This document shows, in pieces, positions 48,657 through 58,051 of a stretch of 64,000 bases of DNA. The DNA comes from an uncultured Candidatus Saccharibacteria bacterium (GTDB taxonomy: Bacteria > Patescibacteriota > Minisyncoccia > Phycocordibacterales > CAIZLB01), in contig CAYJDM010000001.1 in NCBI GenBank assembly GCA_964368945.1, forward strand, positions 42,474 to 106,473, read 5' to 3'. The translations under genes were made by a program, and so were the position numbers. Position 1 is the first letter of the stretch; each line of letters begins with the position of its first letter. The notes under the pieces are model-generated. The model ran no database searches. It saw nothing but the letters and a program-made list of their open reading frames with translations, and was not told the origin of the DNA.

Positions 48657-49304
48657 ATGTCAAAAAAAGTACTCGTAGTCACAGCTCATCCGAGCAGCAA
48701 GGGCCTGACGCATCGCATTGCCGATGCATATAAGCGCGGTGCGGAATCCGTCGGCGCCTCTGTCGAGATTCTCGATCTGTATAAGGCTGAAGAGCAGGGC
48801 ATGAAGCAGGGCTTTCTCAAATACGAGAATATTCGCGAAACTCCTACCGACGAGATCAAAACGCTTATGCAGCAAAAAATCGCCGCCGCTGACGAGCTCG
48901 TCTTCGTGCATCCGATTTGGTGGCTGGGTCCGCCCGCCATTCTCAAGAATTGGATCGACGTCAATATGAGCGCTCGATTCGCTTTCCGCTATGAGGCACG
49001 CAAGGGATTCTGGTCCAAGCTCGTCGGCTTCTTCGCCGGCTGGCTCGTAGGAGGTGGAAAGCGCATCGGCATGCTCAAGGGCAAAACCGCCTGCGTCTTC
49101 ATAACATGCGATGGCTCTTTCTGGCTCTATCTGATGATGGCATTGCCATTTTGGTCAACTTGGCATTTTGCGATTTTGTATTATTGCGGAATCAAGACGC
49201 GCTCATTCCGCATCATGGATCGCAAGACATTCCGTCCTGAAGCGGACTGGGAGGCTTTTCTCAAGAAAGTCGAAAAGATCGGCCGCAAGGTTGGAAATAA
49301 ATAA
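48657..49304 (+). CDS. NAD(P)H-dependent oxidoreductase (flavodoxin-like fold, Flavodoxin_2 / quinone reductase family)
   Basis: KVLVVTAHPSSKGLTHRIADAY...DELVFVHPIWWLGPPAILKNWID. Confidence 0.7.
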   Translation: MSKKVLVVTAHPSSKGLTHRIADAYKRGAESVGASVEILDLYKAEEQGMKQGFLKYENIRETPTDEIKTLMQQKIAAADELVFVHPIWWLGPPAILKNWIDVNMSARFAFRYEARKGFWSKLVGFFAGWLVGGGKRIGMLKGKTACVFITCDGSFWLYLMMALPFWSTWHFAILYYCGIKTRSFRIMDRKTFRPEADWEAFLKKVEKIGRKVGNK

Positions 49305-49313
49305 TCGCGCGCT

Positions 49314-49994
49314 ATGGAAAACGAAATCAAAAACGATAATCAGAACCCAGTTTCAGAGCCTGCGTCGATTCAGCCAGCCGTCGTAGGCGGGAACAGCGGC
49401 CCGAGCCATTTCTATCTGCTCGTCGCTCTTTTCCTCGGCATCATAATCGCCTCGCTTCTCGTATTCAGATATGCGGAAAGCAAGAGGGCTGCGTATGGAC
49501 AGGGTCAGAGCCCGGCTGCTGAATCTGTTCAAAAAGAAAGAGAGCTTGCGCCGACTGTTTCGACAGAAAAGCAATCCCTCCGAACCGATGATGCGCCGAA
49601 GACGGTGGCTGCGAAAACAGCCGCGCCAGCAAGCGCTTATGAGATGGCAGATATCAAGATGGCGGGCAAGACTTTCTCTGCGGAAATTGCCGATACATTC
49701 TCATTGCGCGAATCGGGCTTATCGAATCGCGCTTCGATCGCAAGCGATAAGGCCATGCTTTTCATTTTCGAGACAGACGATAATCATCTGTTCTGGATGA
49801 AGGATATGAATTTCGCTATCGATATGATCTGGCTGGATTCGAATAAGAAAGTGGTCCATATTGCCAAAAAAGCGGCGCCCGAATCATATCCGCAGACATT
49901 CGGTCAATCCAAGAATTCCAGATATGTAATCGAGGTCAAATCCGGCATTGCCGATTCTATCGGATTGCAGGTAGGGGATATTGTGAGTTTTTAA
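49314..49994 (+). CDS. DUF192 domain protein
   Basis: AEIADTFSLRESGLSNR...MLFIFE...FWMKDMNFAIDMIWLD...YVIEVKSG pattern. Confidence 0.7.
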   Translation: MENEIKNDNQNPVSEPASIQPAVVGGNSGPSHFYLLVALFLGIIIASLLVFRYAESKRAAYGQGQSPAAESVQKERELAPTVSTEKQSLRTDDAPKTVAAKTAAPASAYEMADIKMAGKTFSAEIADTFSLRESGLSNRASIASDKAMLFIFETDDNHLFWMKDMNFAIDMIWLDSNKKVVHIAKKAAPESYPQTFGQSKNSRYVIEVKSGIADSIGLQVGDIVSF

Positions 49995-50012
49995 TATAAA
50001 AAGCAAAAACAA

Positions 50013-50047
50013 AAACCGCCCGTATCTTGCGACACTGGCGGTTTTCG
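50013..50047. terminator. bidirectional terminator hairpin (aaaccgcc ... ggcggttt). It serves the DUF192 gene on the plus strand and rnpB on the minus strand.
   Basis: Stem flanked by A- and T-tracts on both strands. Confidence 0.5.
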
Positions 50048-50540
50048 TATGCCTATAAGCCGAATTCTGTTCTTCGATGCCTTGCGACAGGGAAGGGACA
50101 ATCATTCATCTTGTCATGCGATTGCTCGCATGATCTTTGCGTCACTCCCTTCAAATATACACGTGGTAATTCGAAGGGCACGGACTTGCACAGGGGTAAG
50201 GATTTTGCCGTTTCACTCCTCGGATCTCTCCGTGGATTCATCCTGCGCGGCGCTTCGATCATTGCTGATCTGGCGCTTATGCGCGGGATGCCGTTTGCTT
50301 TCGCTCTCGGCGTCACTGCTCGCACCTCTCAATTCGCAAGCCTTCATTGCCGGGACGTTTTTCAACATGAGCAATGCCTGCTGCGGTTGCGACGGGAATT
50401 ACCCGCTACCTTGCTCGAATGCTCCTTCCTGCCATTGATTGCACTCGCTGGCAGGGAATCGTCACATTCGCTGTGTTCGGACTTTCCTCTCTCCTTGCCT
50501 TGTATATGCAAAAGGAAGGTCGAGCGATTGTCTGGCACGT
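50045..50540 (-). ncRNA. rnpB: RNase P RNA (bacterial type, probably type A). The 5' end is uncertain and could lie at about 50540 or about 50580.
   Basis: The minus strand reads GAGAGGAAAGUCCGAAC (P4 5' strand, CR-I), GGAGUGAAACGG (GGGUGAAAnGG-like) and near the 3' end CUGUC...GAACAGAAUUCGGCUUA (P18 and P4 3' strand, CR-V). The P4 pairing AGUCCGAA/UUCGGCUU covaries with E. coli AGUCCGGG/CCCGGCUU. An upstream TTGCTT-N16/17-TGaTATAAT promoter and a downstream terminator are present. All overlapping ORFs are non-protein-like. Confidence 0.7.
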
Positions 50541-50659
50541 ATATATTATATCATATTTTATGTAAAAAAGCAAAGTACCGCCAAAGCGGCGATTCGCAAG
50601 AAAAGCAAAAGGCGCCGCGGCACGTAAAAACGTGTCCGCAGCGCCGTATAGGGCCCAGG

Positions 50660-51421
50660 CTAAGCGCGCCCGACGTTCGGAGAGTCCTCCATATTCCTCG
50701 GCCAGACTTTCGCGGGTCCGATGGGCAAGGTGAATGTCCGAGGCTCGATATTGTCCGAAAAAGCGCCAAAGGCTCGCACGGCATCGATCTTGTTGCTCAA
50801 TAAATCGATGCTCGGATCCGATGCCGGATATGGATCATTGGGGTCCGCTTGCTTGGCTCTGCCCTCTGTGGCTCGGAGCAGGCTTCGCATGTCCTTCTGG
50901 ATTGTCATCAAGAGCCAGTGGGCGAGCAAGGACGTCCTTGCGGCCAAAACGACCTTTGAGGCAGCTTCGCCGTATCTGATGCATTCGATTTCCTGGATGG
51001 TGACCCATTCTCGATCTTCGAGCATCAATTTGGACGGGCTAGGAGCCTTTGGATCGTTCAGGATCTTTTTGCCAAAGGCATTGACCAGATCGGCATATGC
51101 CTCTCTGGCATCCTGCGCCTCCTTTCCATATGGCTTGGCAATCATGCGGCGCCAGATGGTCCAGCTGACAATCATGCCCACGAAAGAGACCGTGATGATC
51201 GCCTTGGGCACGAAGTCGTGGGATATCCGCAGCGCAGGAGATAGATTCATGAGCTGTAGCGCAACGCCAAAGAGGAGGAAGCCGAATAAGATCAGAAGGC
51301 ATCGGCCTGCACGGTTCGACATGGCTTCGTTTCGGATAGCCTCAGTCAGCTGCTCCGTGGTCAGGAGGACCTGGTTGCGAGCGATATACCACTCGATCAG
51401 GTAGCGTGGGATTTTTTTCAT
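50660..51421 (-). CDS. hypothetical membrane protein
   Basis: Start placed at MKKIPRYL, with two TM helices. An imperfect hairpin and T-tract terminator lies at about 50604-50641. Confidence 0.45.
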   Translation of the reverse strand: MKKIPRYLIEWYIARNQVLLTTEQLTEAIRNEAMSNRAGRCLLILFGFLLFGVALQLMNLSPALRISHDFVPKAIITVSFVGMIVSWTIWRRMIAKPYGKEAQDAREAYADLVNAFGKKILNDPKAPSPSKLMLEDREWVTIQEIECIRYGEAASKVVLAARTSLLAHWLLMTIQKDMRSLLRATEGRAKQADPNDPYPASDPSIDLLSNKIDAVRAFGAFSDNIEPRTFTLPIGPAKVWPRNMEDSPNVGRA

Positions 51422-51658
51422 TATATGGAATGTGCTATGCCGGGTGTTGGCGCGGCGGGTTGGGTTTCGGGGTTTCTGGCTTGATGGATTGTACGGAATC
51501 GGGCTGATGGGTTGGCATCTGAGCCTTCTCACGCGTTCGCTTTTCGAAAATCGCGATATCCATACTTAATCATTCTTATATATACATGTCAAGTGTCTGC
51601 CGAGTGCCATGACCGCCGTTGTACCCAGTTTTGAGGCCGTAAAATAAGGGCGTATGGT

Positions 51659-53518
51659 ATGATGGCGGCAATGGTAGGCAAAATCATAAAGCTTTTCAAT
51701 AAGGTAAATGGCGAAATCAGCGGCGTGCATCAGGCCGCCTTCCTTATCGGATTCTTTACATTGCTCGCACAGATTCTCGGTTTATTTCGCGATCGCGCGC
51801 TCGCGCATTTCTTTGGTGCAGGATTGCAGCTCGATATTTATTATGCAGCATTCAGGATTCCTGATCTGATCTTCGCGACCGCTGCATCTTTGGTGTCGAT
51901 ATCGGTGATCATTCCTTTTATCAATAAGGCGGAAGGAAAGTATATTGAGAAAAAAGAGGAGAAGATCGAGGAAAAAAACAGCAGCGAAATAGTGAATATC
52001 GATACGGATCTCGGCAAGAAGGCGAATGCCGAAGTGCGAAATATTCTCGATTCATTGTTCAGCTCATTCAGCGGGCTGATGATTATCATTTCTGTCATCG
52101 CGTATATGCTGATGCCTTATCTTTCGAAATTCGTTTTCAAGGGCATCACTGATCCTGCGGCGGTAGAACAGATCATCATGCTGTCGCGCATCCTTTTGCT
52201 TCAGCCTATCTGTCTCGGGATCTCGAATATCCTCGGCTCCCTGACGCAGCTGCGCAAGCGATTCGTGCTTTATGCGCTGTCGCCGATCTTCTACAATGCG
52301 GCGATCATTTTCGGAATATTCTTCTTGCGGCCGCTATTCGGAATTTCCGGAGTCGTTTGGGGCGTCATCATCGGAGGGCTTTTCCATTTCGCCATCCAGA
52401 TTCCTTTTATCAAAAAAGAATGCCTCCTGCCTCGACTCGTGCGCCCAAGCAGGATCGACTGGAAAGTCGTGCGCGATGTATTCCGATTATCGATTCCTCG
52501 AACCCTGACTTTGTCGGCGTCCATGATCGAATTGATCGTGCTTACCGCGCTTGCATCCACGCTTGCCGTCGGATCGATTTCGGTCTTGAGCTTGTCATTC
52601 AATATCCAGTCTGTTCCGCTCGGCATCATTGGCGTAAGCTATGCGCTTGCTGCTTTCCCGACATTGTCTGCATTTTTCGAAAGAGGCGAGCGCGACAAAT
52701 TCCTGGCGCAGATGATTACGGCGATACGGCATGTGATCTTCTGGTCAGTGCCTATCGCCGCTTTTTTCATCGTGCTTCGCGCGCAGATCGTGCGAACGAT
52801 TCTCGGATCAGGAAATTTCAACTGGGACAATACTCGATTGACTGCCGCATGCTTGGCCTTGTTCGTGATATCGCTCGTGGCGCAGGGCTTGAAATTGCTT
52901 TTCGTGCGCGCATATTATGCCGCAGGGCAGACCAAGAAGCCTCTCGTCATCAACCTTTTGTCTTCGGTAATTACGATTGCCAGCCCTGTGCTTTTTATCA
53001 TGCTCTATAGGCATAATCCTGCCTTCGGTGAATTCTTCGCGCGGCTCTTTAGGGTGCAGGGAATTGCCGGCATCGAAATCCTCATGCTGCCGCTCGGATA
53101 TACGATCGGCACATTGGCAAATGCGCTGGCGTTCTGGATCAAATTCGAAAGCGAATTCAGCCATGGCGAATTGTTCCGACATACTTGGCGCTCTTGGATG
53201 GGCTCTCTCGGCGCAGGGGTGATCGGCGGATTCTTTGCATATATAGGACTCAATATGTTCGATACCGTATTCGAGCTCAATACGGTGCTCGGCGTATTCC
53301 TTCATGGATTCGTGGCGGGCATCATCGGCGTCATCTTCAGCATCATCATTCTCAAGATCCTGCGCAATGAGGAGTTCGAGGAAGTCATCGCCACTTTGCA
53401 TAAAAAAGTTCCGGCCGTCGCGATCTTCGGCTCATGGTTCGGCAAAAAGGCAGCGCCTGCAGATCTTTCGAAGGCAGGAGATGTCCTCGTCTTGGAGCAG
53501 GATAAGATGGAGCATTAA
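51659..53518 (+). CDS. murJ: lipid II flippase MurJ (MviN family) with a charged loop insertion
   Basis: HQAAFLIGFFTLLAQILGLFRDRALAHFFGAG...YYAAFRIPDLIF and a multi-TM topology. Confidence 0.85.
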   Translation: MMAAMVGKIIKLFNKVNGEISGVHQAAFLIGFFTLLAQILGLFRDRALAHFFGAGLQLDIYYAAFRIPDLIFATAASLVSISVIIPFINKAEGKYIEKKEEKIEEKNSSEIVNIDTDLGKKANAEVRNILDSLFSSFSGLMIIISVIAYMLMPYLSKFVFKGITDPAAVEQIIMLSRILLLQPICLGISNILGSLTQLRKRFVLYALSPIFYNAAIIFGIFFLRPLFGISGVVWGVIIGGLFHFAIQIPFIKKECLLPRLVRPSRIDWKVVRDVFRLSIPRTLTLSASMIELIVLTALASTLAVGSISVLSLSFNIQSVPLGIIGVSYALAAFPTLSAFFERGERDKFLAQMITAIRHVIFWSVPIAAFFIVLRAQIVRTILGSGNFNWDNTRLTAACLALFVISLVAQGLKLLFVRAYYAAGQTKKPLVINLLSSVITIASPVLFIMLYRHNPAFGEFFARLFRVQGIAGIEILMLPLGYTIGTLANALAFWIKFESEFSHGELFRHTWRSWMGSLGAGVIGGFFAYIGLNMFDTVFELNTVLGVFLHGFVAGIIGVIFSIIILKILRNEEFEEVIATLHKKVPAVAIFGSWFGKKAAPADLSKAGDVLVLEQDKMEH

Positions 53519-53588
53519 AAGGAAAAACCGCAACGAAAAAACCGCCGACCCTGTGAGGGGCCGGCGGCTGGCTAGGATGCGCTGCGTC

Positions 53589-54395
53589 TCAGACGCGAAC
53601 AGGCCGTCGATGGGATTCGTTCCAGGTGTCGCCCGGTCCTGATTTCTCAAAGAAGAACCCCCGTTTCGTATCATAAGCGATGAGGCCGAAGCACCAAGCC
53701 TTCGAGATGGCGGTATCCAGCTTTTCCCTGAGCGGATCGGCGGCTTTTCGTCCATCTTTTTCATCCTTGGATTCTATCCTCATCGCTTGAGCGCGCATCT
53801 CCATAAGCGCATAATACGCCAGCGTAGAGCATGCGGACTCACGAATCGAGTCTCCCTTATCGGTGCTCCAGCAGTATACTTCAAATGATTTCGTTACTTT
53901 TTCGAGCCATTCCTTGTCAGCGGCCAAGGTCGGTTCGTCCCAATTCCATCGGTCGATTTTCTCGAGATCTTCGGGATTGAGGAATTGGCATAGGGATTTA
54001 AAATCATCGATCATGAGTCCGAAGCTGCCGGTCAGCACTCGCCGTCTTCCGTGAAAGTCTCCGTCGGGATAGCGGTGCCACCTCGTCTCTCTACGGATTT
54101 GGCCGAAGTCGAACATGGCGGTGAGCAGGATGAGAATGGGCGTCAGGAGCAATAGGTCTTGCCACCAGCTCCTCTGCCCGCTGATTCGAGGAAAACAGAA
54201 GTAGTAGAGGGTGATGAAAATCGCTATCGCGACGAGCGCGATGACAGTGTTCCAGACGATTTTCTTCCTCCGATAAGGAAGGAATTCCTCATAGTCATCA
54301 TTCCATTTTTCCAGCTGCGATAGCGTCGTTTTCACGGACGGATTCGCTCTGTGCCACCACTGGATGGCGTATTTGGGCATTTTGATATGTTTCAT
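53589..54395 (-). CDS. hypothetical membrane protein
   Basis: ORF with two TM helices. A hairpin and T-tract lie at about 53542-53567. Confidence 0.45.
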   Translation of the reverse strand: MKHIKMPKYAIQWWHRANPSVKTTLSQLEKWNDDYEEFLPYRRKKIVWNTVIALVAIAIFITLYYFCFPRISGQRSWWQDLLLLTPILILLTAMFDFGQIRRETRWHRYPDGDFHGRRRVLTGSFGLMIDDFKSLCQFLNPEDLEKIDRWNWDEPTLAADKEWLEKVTKSFEVYCWSTDKGDSIRESACSTLAYYALMEMRAQAMRIESKDEKDGRKAADPLREKLDTAISKAWCFGLIAYDTKRGFFFEKSGPGDTWNESHRRPVRV

Positions 54396-54595
54396 TGCAA
54401 TGTACTCTGTTTGCTCGTGTTTTCGCCTTCCTGCGGTCTGGCATGAGTACCGGGGTCTGCCGGTATTGGATTGGGCGTTCCGCTACTGAGCTTGTAGCTT
54501 CTGGAACGAATTAGACTATTTTTGTACAAAAAAGTCAATAAATAGAAAAGCCGCTTGTCTGGCGGCTTTTCATCTGTGCCTATGTCGGTCTGGGA

Positions 54596-54955
54596 TTATT
54601 GCTTCGCTTCCTCAGCGTTCTCAGCCTTGTTTCTTCGTCCCAGCCGGTTGACGAATTTGATAGTGACGAATACCGAGAATCCTACGATGATCAGATTGAG
54701 CACCGTATTGAGGAATGCGCCATATCGGATAGAGCCATATGCCCATGTGCTGAAATCAGGCTGATGCGCGATCGTGGTGATTGCGCCGAGGATGATGTCC
54801 TTCACGAGGGAATTGACCAGCTCATTGAAGGCTGCGCCGATGACGACGCCGACAGCGAGGTCGATGGCATTTCCTTTGACTATGAATGATTTGAATTCGC
54901 TGAAGAATCCTTTTGTCTTATCTTTTAGGTGCAGGTCTCTGAGGTTGGGTGACAT
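54596..54955 (-). CDS. mscL: large-conductance mechanosensitive channel MscL
   Basis: FFSEFKSFIVKGNAIDLAVGVVIGAAFNELVNSLVKDIILG signature. A terminator lies at about 54547-54570. Confidence 0.85.
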   Translation of the reverse strand: MSPNLRDLHLKDKTKGFFSEFKSFIVKGNAIDLAVGVVIGAAFNELVNSLVKDIILGAITTIAHQPDFSTWAYGSIRYGAFLNTVLNLIIVGFSVFVTIKFVNRLGRRNKAENAEEAKQ

Positions 54956-54999
54956 TGGTTTGCTTGGTTGGTTGCGATTAATTTGCCTTTAGCTAGCCA

Positions 55000-55752
55000 T
55001 TAGTTAGCCTTGGGCGTGCTTGTAGGAGTCGTGGCTGCGCCATTAGATGTGCTTGTGGCAGCAGGAGCGTTCTTTGCCGCTTCGAGAGCGTCATCGATAT
55101 TCTTCTTGAGCTCTGCATACGTGCTTACGCCTTCCACGATCTTGTGATCAGCGCCGATGATGAGGGTCGGAGTCGACTGGATCTTCATGTCTCGCGCCTG
55201 GTCAGCGTCGCGGTCTACCATCTGTCGGATGACCTTATTGAATGTCTCTGAAGCGAGATCGGATTTGAATACTGCGATATCTCCTACGCCGACTTCAGTG
55301 GCATAGCCTGCGAATAGGGTGGCTGTATCAGCACCTACTTTTGTCCATTCATCCTGCTTTGCGAAGAGGGTAGAGGCCATCTCAAAGAATCGTCCCTGCT
55401 TGCCGGCTGCGAATGCCGCGACTGCGCTCTTATATGAAATCTCTCCATGGATAGGGATGATTCGGAGGCCATAATTAAGAGATCCTTCGTATTCCTTCAA
55501 TAGCTTGTCGAGATTGGGGCTGAGCATTGCGCAGGCTGGGCATGCGAAATCTCCAAATTCGATAATGGTCACATTCTGGCTCTCAGGCTGCTTGGTTCCG
55601 AGGATCATTGGGGTTGTCGTCGATATGAGGGTGTCTTCATTCACTACGACGGATGATGTTTTCGGCGTGCTCTTTGTAAGCGCGAGGCCGGCGACGATGA
55701 TGATTGCGGTGATGATTACGACGATTGATACTGATTTGATTTCTGAGTTCAT
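55000..55752 (-). CDS. DsbA-like thiol:disulfide oxidoreductase (thioredoxin fold, CPAC active site)
   Basis: IEFGDFACPACAML, with an N-terminal TM anchor. Confidence 0.75.
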   Translation of the reverse strand: MNSEIKSVSIVVIITAIIIVAGLALTKSTPKTSSVVVNEDTLISTTTPMILGTKQPESQNVTIIEFGDFACPACAMLSPNLDKLLKEYEGSLNYGLRIIPIHGEISYKSAVAAFAAGKQGRFFEMASTLFAKQDEWTKVGADTATLFAGYATEVGVGDIAVFKSDLASETFNKVIRQMVDRDADQARDMKIQSTPTLIIGADHKIVEGVSTYAELKKNIDDALEAAKNAPAATSTSNGAATTPTSTPKAN

Positions 55753-55835
55753 AAATTTGATTTGGATTAGTTGATATTTTTTATAAATATTTGATTAAAA
55801 ATTCATCGATTGCGAAGTCCTGTCCGGATATTTTT

Positions 55836-56351
55836 TTACATATTCTTCTTCACATGCTTCCTATTGATAAGCATGAGGGCGATGATGACAGAGAATGCTA
55901 CGAATGCGAGGAAGGGGATCGTTACGAAGCCGAAATATTCGATGAACTTCGTTGTGCATGATACGCCCGTCGTACAAGGAGCAAGGGTATCAGGAATCCA
56001 TTTGTAATAAAGCAGATTGTGATAGAGGGAGATGATCCATCCTATGATTGCGGCTGGCAATACATAGAGATGCACGAGCCGGTCCTTGCGCACGATTCCG
56101 ACGATAAGCGTCAGGACGAGCGGGAACATGAGGATGCGCTGATACCAGCAGAGGACGCAAGGCGGGTATCCTGCAATATTGCTAAAGTACATGCTTCCCA
56201 AAAAGGCTACGATGGCCTGGACCAGGGCGAGGAGCTGGGCGTTCTTGCCGACCCAGTCCCAGAAGCTCTTCGGCGCGGCAGTCGGGGCCTGGCCAGCAGT
56301 CTCCGGGGTTTGGCTAGGCGCCAGATCCGGAGCGGTTGTGGATGTATTCAT
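55836..56351 (-). CDS. dsbB: disulfide bond formation protein B (DsbB/BdbC family)
   Basis: PCVLCWYQRI and CTTGVSCT cysteine pairs, with four TM helices. Start placed at MNTSTT 56351, which is preceded by TTGAAA-17-TATAAT with the TATAAT 7 nt upstream of the ATG (leaderless). The longer ORF reaching 56444 runs into the inverted repeat. Confidence 0.75.
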   Translation of the reverse strand: MNTSTTAPDLAPSQTPETAGQAPTAAPKSFWDWVGKNAQLLALVQAIVAFLGSMYFSNIAGYPPCVLCWYQRILMFPLVLTLIVGIVRKDRLVHLYVLPAAIIGWIISLYHNLLYYKWIPDTLAPCTTGVSCTTKFIEYFGFVTIPFLAFVAFSVIIALMLINRKHVKKNM

Positions 56352-56398
56352 GAAGAAGATTATAGCCTTTTTGTTGGGTTTTTTCAAAATAATGGCAA

Positions 56399-56502
56399 CT
56401 TTTCCTCCTGCCACATTTCTGCATGCGTAAGTCCTCGGTATCATGAATCTGCCCTTGTTTTCCCCTGCGGATACGCATGCAGAAATGTGGCAGGAGGAAA
56501 AG
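56399..56502. repeat. Perfect 31-bp inverted repeat (arms 56399-56429 and 56472-56502, 42-nt spacer) between the divergent dsbB and ZIP-transporter promoters
   Basis: cttttcctcctgccacatttctgcatgcgta and its exact reverse complement tacgcatgcagaaatgtggcaggaggaaaag. Confidence 0.7.
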
Positions 56503-56552
56503 AGGCGGGCAAATTCCTATAATTAGTGGTAGGATAAGATTCAATAGTCTTC

Positions 56553-57389
56553 ATGGATTCTTCATTCGTTTTTCAGCCAAATTTGGTCTATGGCCTCGGC
56601 GCGGTCATCATTGTCAGCCTGATTGCGCTCGTCGGAGCAGGGCTTTTTTTCATATCGAAGGAACGCAGCGCAAAAATCATCCCATATCTCGTCAGCCTTG
56701 CCATCGGCGCGCTGCTTGGTGATGCGATCCTGCATTTATTGCCTGAAGCATTCGAAGGTGCGGGCTCGATCTGGCTCTTCATTGTCGCTGTCTTGGGAGG
56801 ATTCGGGATTTTTTATCTATTGGAAAACGTCCTGCACTGGCACCATAGCCATGACGGCGATGAAAAGCATCATGGGCATGGCCAGCATATCGGAGGGATG
56901 ATTACGGTCGCGGACGGGCTGCACAATCTCATTGATGGCATCATCATCGCCCTCGGATTCCTGATCAGCAGGGAAGTCGGGCTCGCCACGACGATCGCAG
57001 TGATCCTGCATGAGGTTCCTCAGGAGATCAGCGATATGGGCCTGCTCATTTATGCGGGCTGGTCTCGCAAAAAGGCTCTGATTGTGAATTTTTTGTCCGG
57101 CTGTACGGCGATTGTCGGCTTTCTCGTCGTTTTTCTCCTTGATGCGCATTCATTCGAGGTTGAGGCTTGGCTGCCATACTTGCTCGCACTGGCTGCAGGA
57201 GGATTCATATATATAGCCGTGATCGACCTTATTCCGAATTTGCATGCAAAATCTCACCGGGGACATGAGCATGGCTGCGATGATGATGGTCGTCCACATG
57301 GCGTTCAAGGCAAAGGCTCTTTCTGGAGGCATGTGCCCATGATGGTCCTGGGGTTTGGGATTATGTTGCTGCTATTCGTGCTTGAATAA
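56553..57389 (+). CDS. ZIP-family metal (zinc) transporter, ZupT-like, with a His-rich loop
   Basis: HEVPQEISDMGLLIYAG and HWHHSHDGDEKHHGHGQH. Confidence 0.85.
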   Translation: MDSSFVFQPNLVYGLGAVIIVSLIALVGAGLFFISKERSAKIIPYLVSLAIGALLGDAILHLLPEAFEGAGSIWLFIVAVLGGFGIFYLLENVLHWHHSHDGDEKHHGHGQHIGGMITVADGLHNLIDGIIIALGFLISREVGLATTIAVILHEVPQEISDMGLLIYAGWSRKKALIVNFLSGCTAIVGFLVVFLLDAHSFEVEAWLPYLLALAAGGFIYIAVIDLIPNLHAKSHRGHEHGCDDDGRPHGVQGKGSFWRHVPMMVLGFGIMLLLFVLE

Positions 57390-57709
57390 TGGGTTTCCTG
57401 TATCGACTCTCAGGTCCTATCGCTGTCTTTGCGTTGTCTTTGCGTTTTTTGATTTTTTCGAGCTTCTTCTGAGCGGCTTGATGTTTTTAGCTCTAAGTTT
57501 CAGTTCTATCGGCAAGGTTGTTGCCGATAGGTGTGGCCCCACGGCTTAAGATATGGCTAAATTAAGATAATACAGAAAACTCTGAAAATGCAGAAAATGC
57601 CTAAAGCCAAATCAATGTCTCAGATACAATTAATATAAATACGTTCGTGAATACATTCGCGCTCGGAATCTTTATCAAAACTTCATGTCCGGTGTATACT
57701 ATACAAACC

Positions 57710-58009
57710 ATGACAATAAAAATTTACAGCACGCCTACCTGCACATACTGCACTATGGCCAAGGATTATTTCAAGACTCATAATCTCGCATATGAGGAAT
57801 TCAATGTCGCTGCCGATACCGACAAGCGAAAGGAAATGGTTGAAAAGAGCGGACAGCTCGGCGTTCCGGTAATCGATATCGATGGCCAGATCATGGTCGG
57901 ATTCGATGAGGAGAGCTTTGCAGAGCTCATTGCGGGATCAAATGATGCGGTCGCTCCGACGGGTGATGCGCCTACGGATGCTCCGGAAGCTGATGCTTCT
58001 GCGCAGTAA
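57710..58009 (+). CDS. glutaredoxin-like protein (NrdH/Grx family, CTYC active site)
   Basis: MTIKIYSTPTCTYCTMAKDYF...GVPVIDIDGQ. TATACT lies 9 nt upstream of the ATG. Confidence 0.7.
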   Translation: MTIKIYSTPTCTYCTMAKDYFKTHNLAYEEFNVAADTDKRKEMVEKSGQLGVPVIDIDGQIMVGFDEESFAELIAGSNDAVAPTGDAPTDAPEADASAQ

Positions 58010-58051
58010 TTTATTCGTCACATTGCGATTCAGATTTAGATCAATTCATTT

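Noticed and set aside
50027-50803. Multiple overlapping ORFs (258 aa, 129 aa, 90 aa, 63 aa and others) between the DUF192 gene and the next minus-strand gene
   Set aside because: The translations are Cys/Arg-rich and not protein-like. The region is explained by RNase P RNA on the minus strand.
56443-56456. A 14-mer tatcatgaatctgc shared with 63692-63705
   Set aside because: About 10-15 chance 14-mer matches are expected in 64 kb on both strands, and there is no extended similarity.
56019-56522. The 167-aa plus-strand ORF, and the N-terminal extension of the dsbB ORF (MIPRTYACRNVAGGK...)
   Set aside because: Both arise from reading through the 31-bp perfect inverted repeat, as shown by the identical peptide on the two strands. 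The real dsbB start is the downstream ATG preceded by a promoter.
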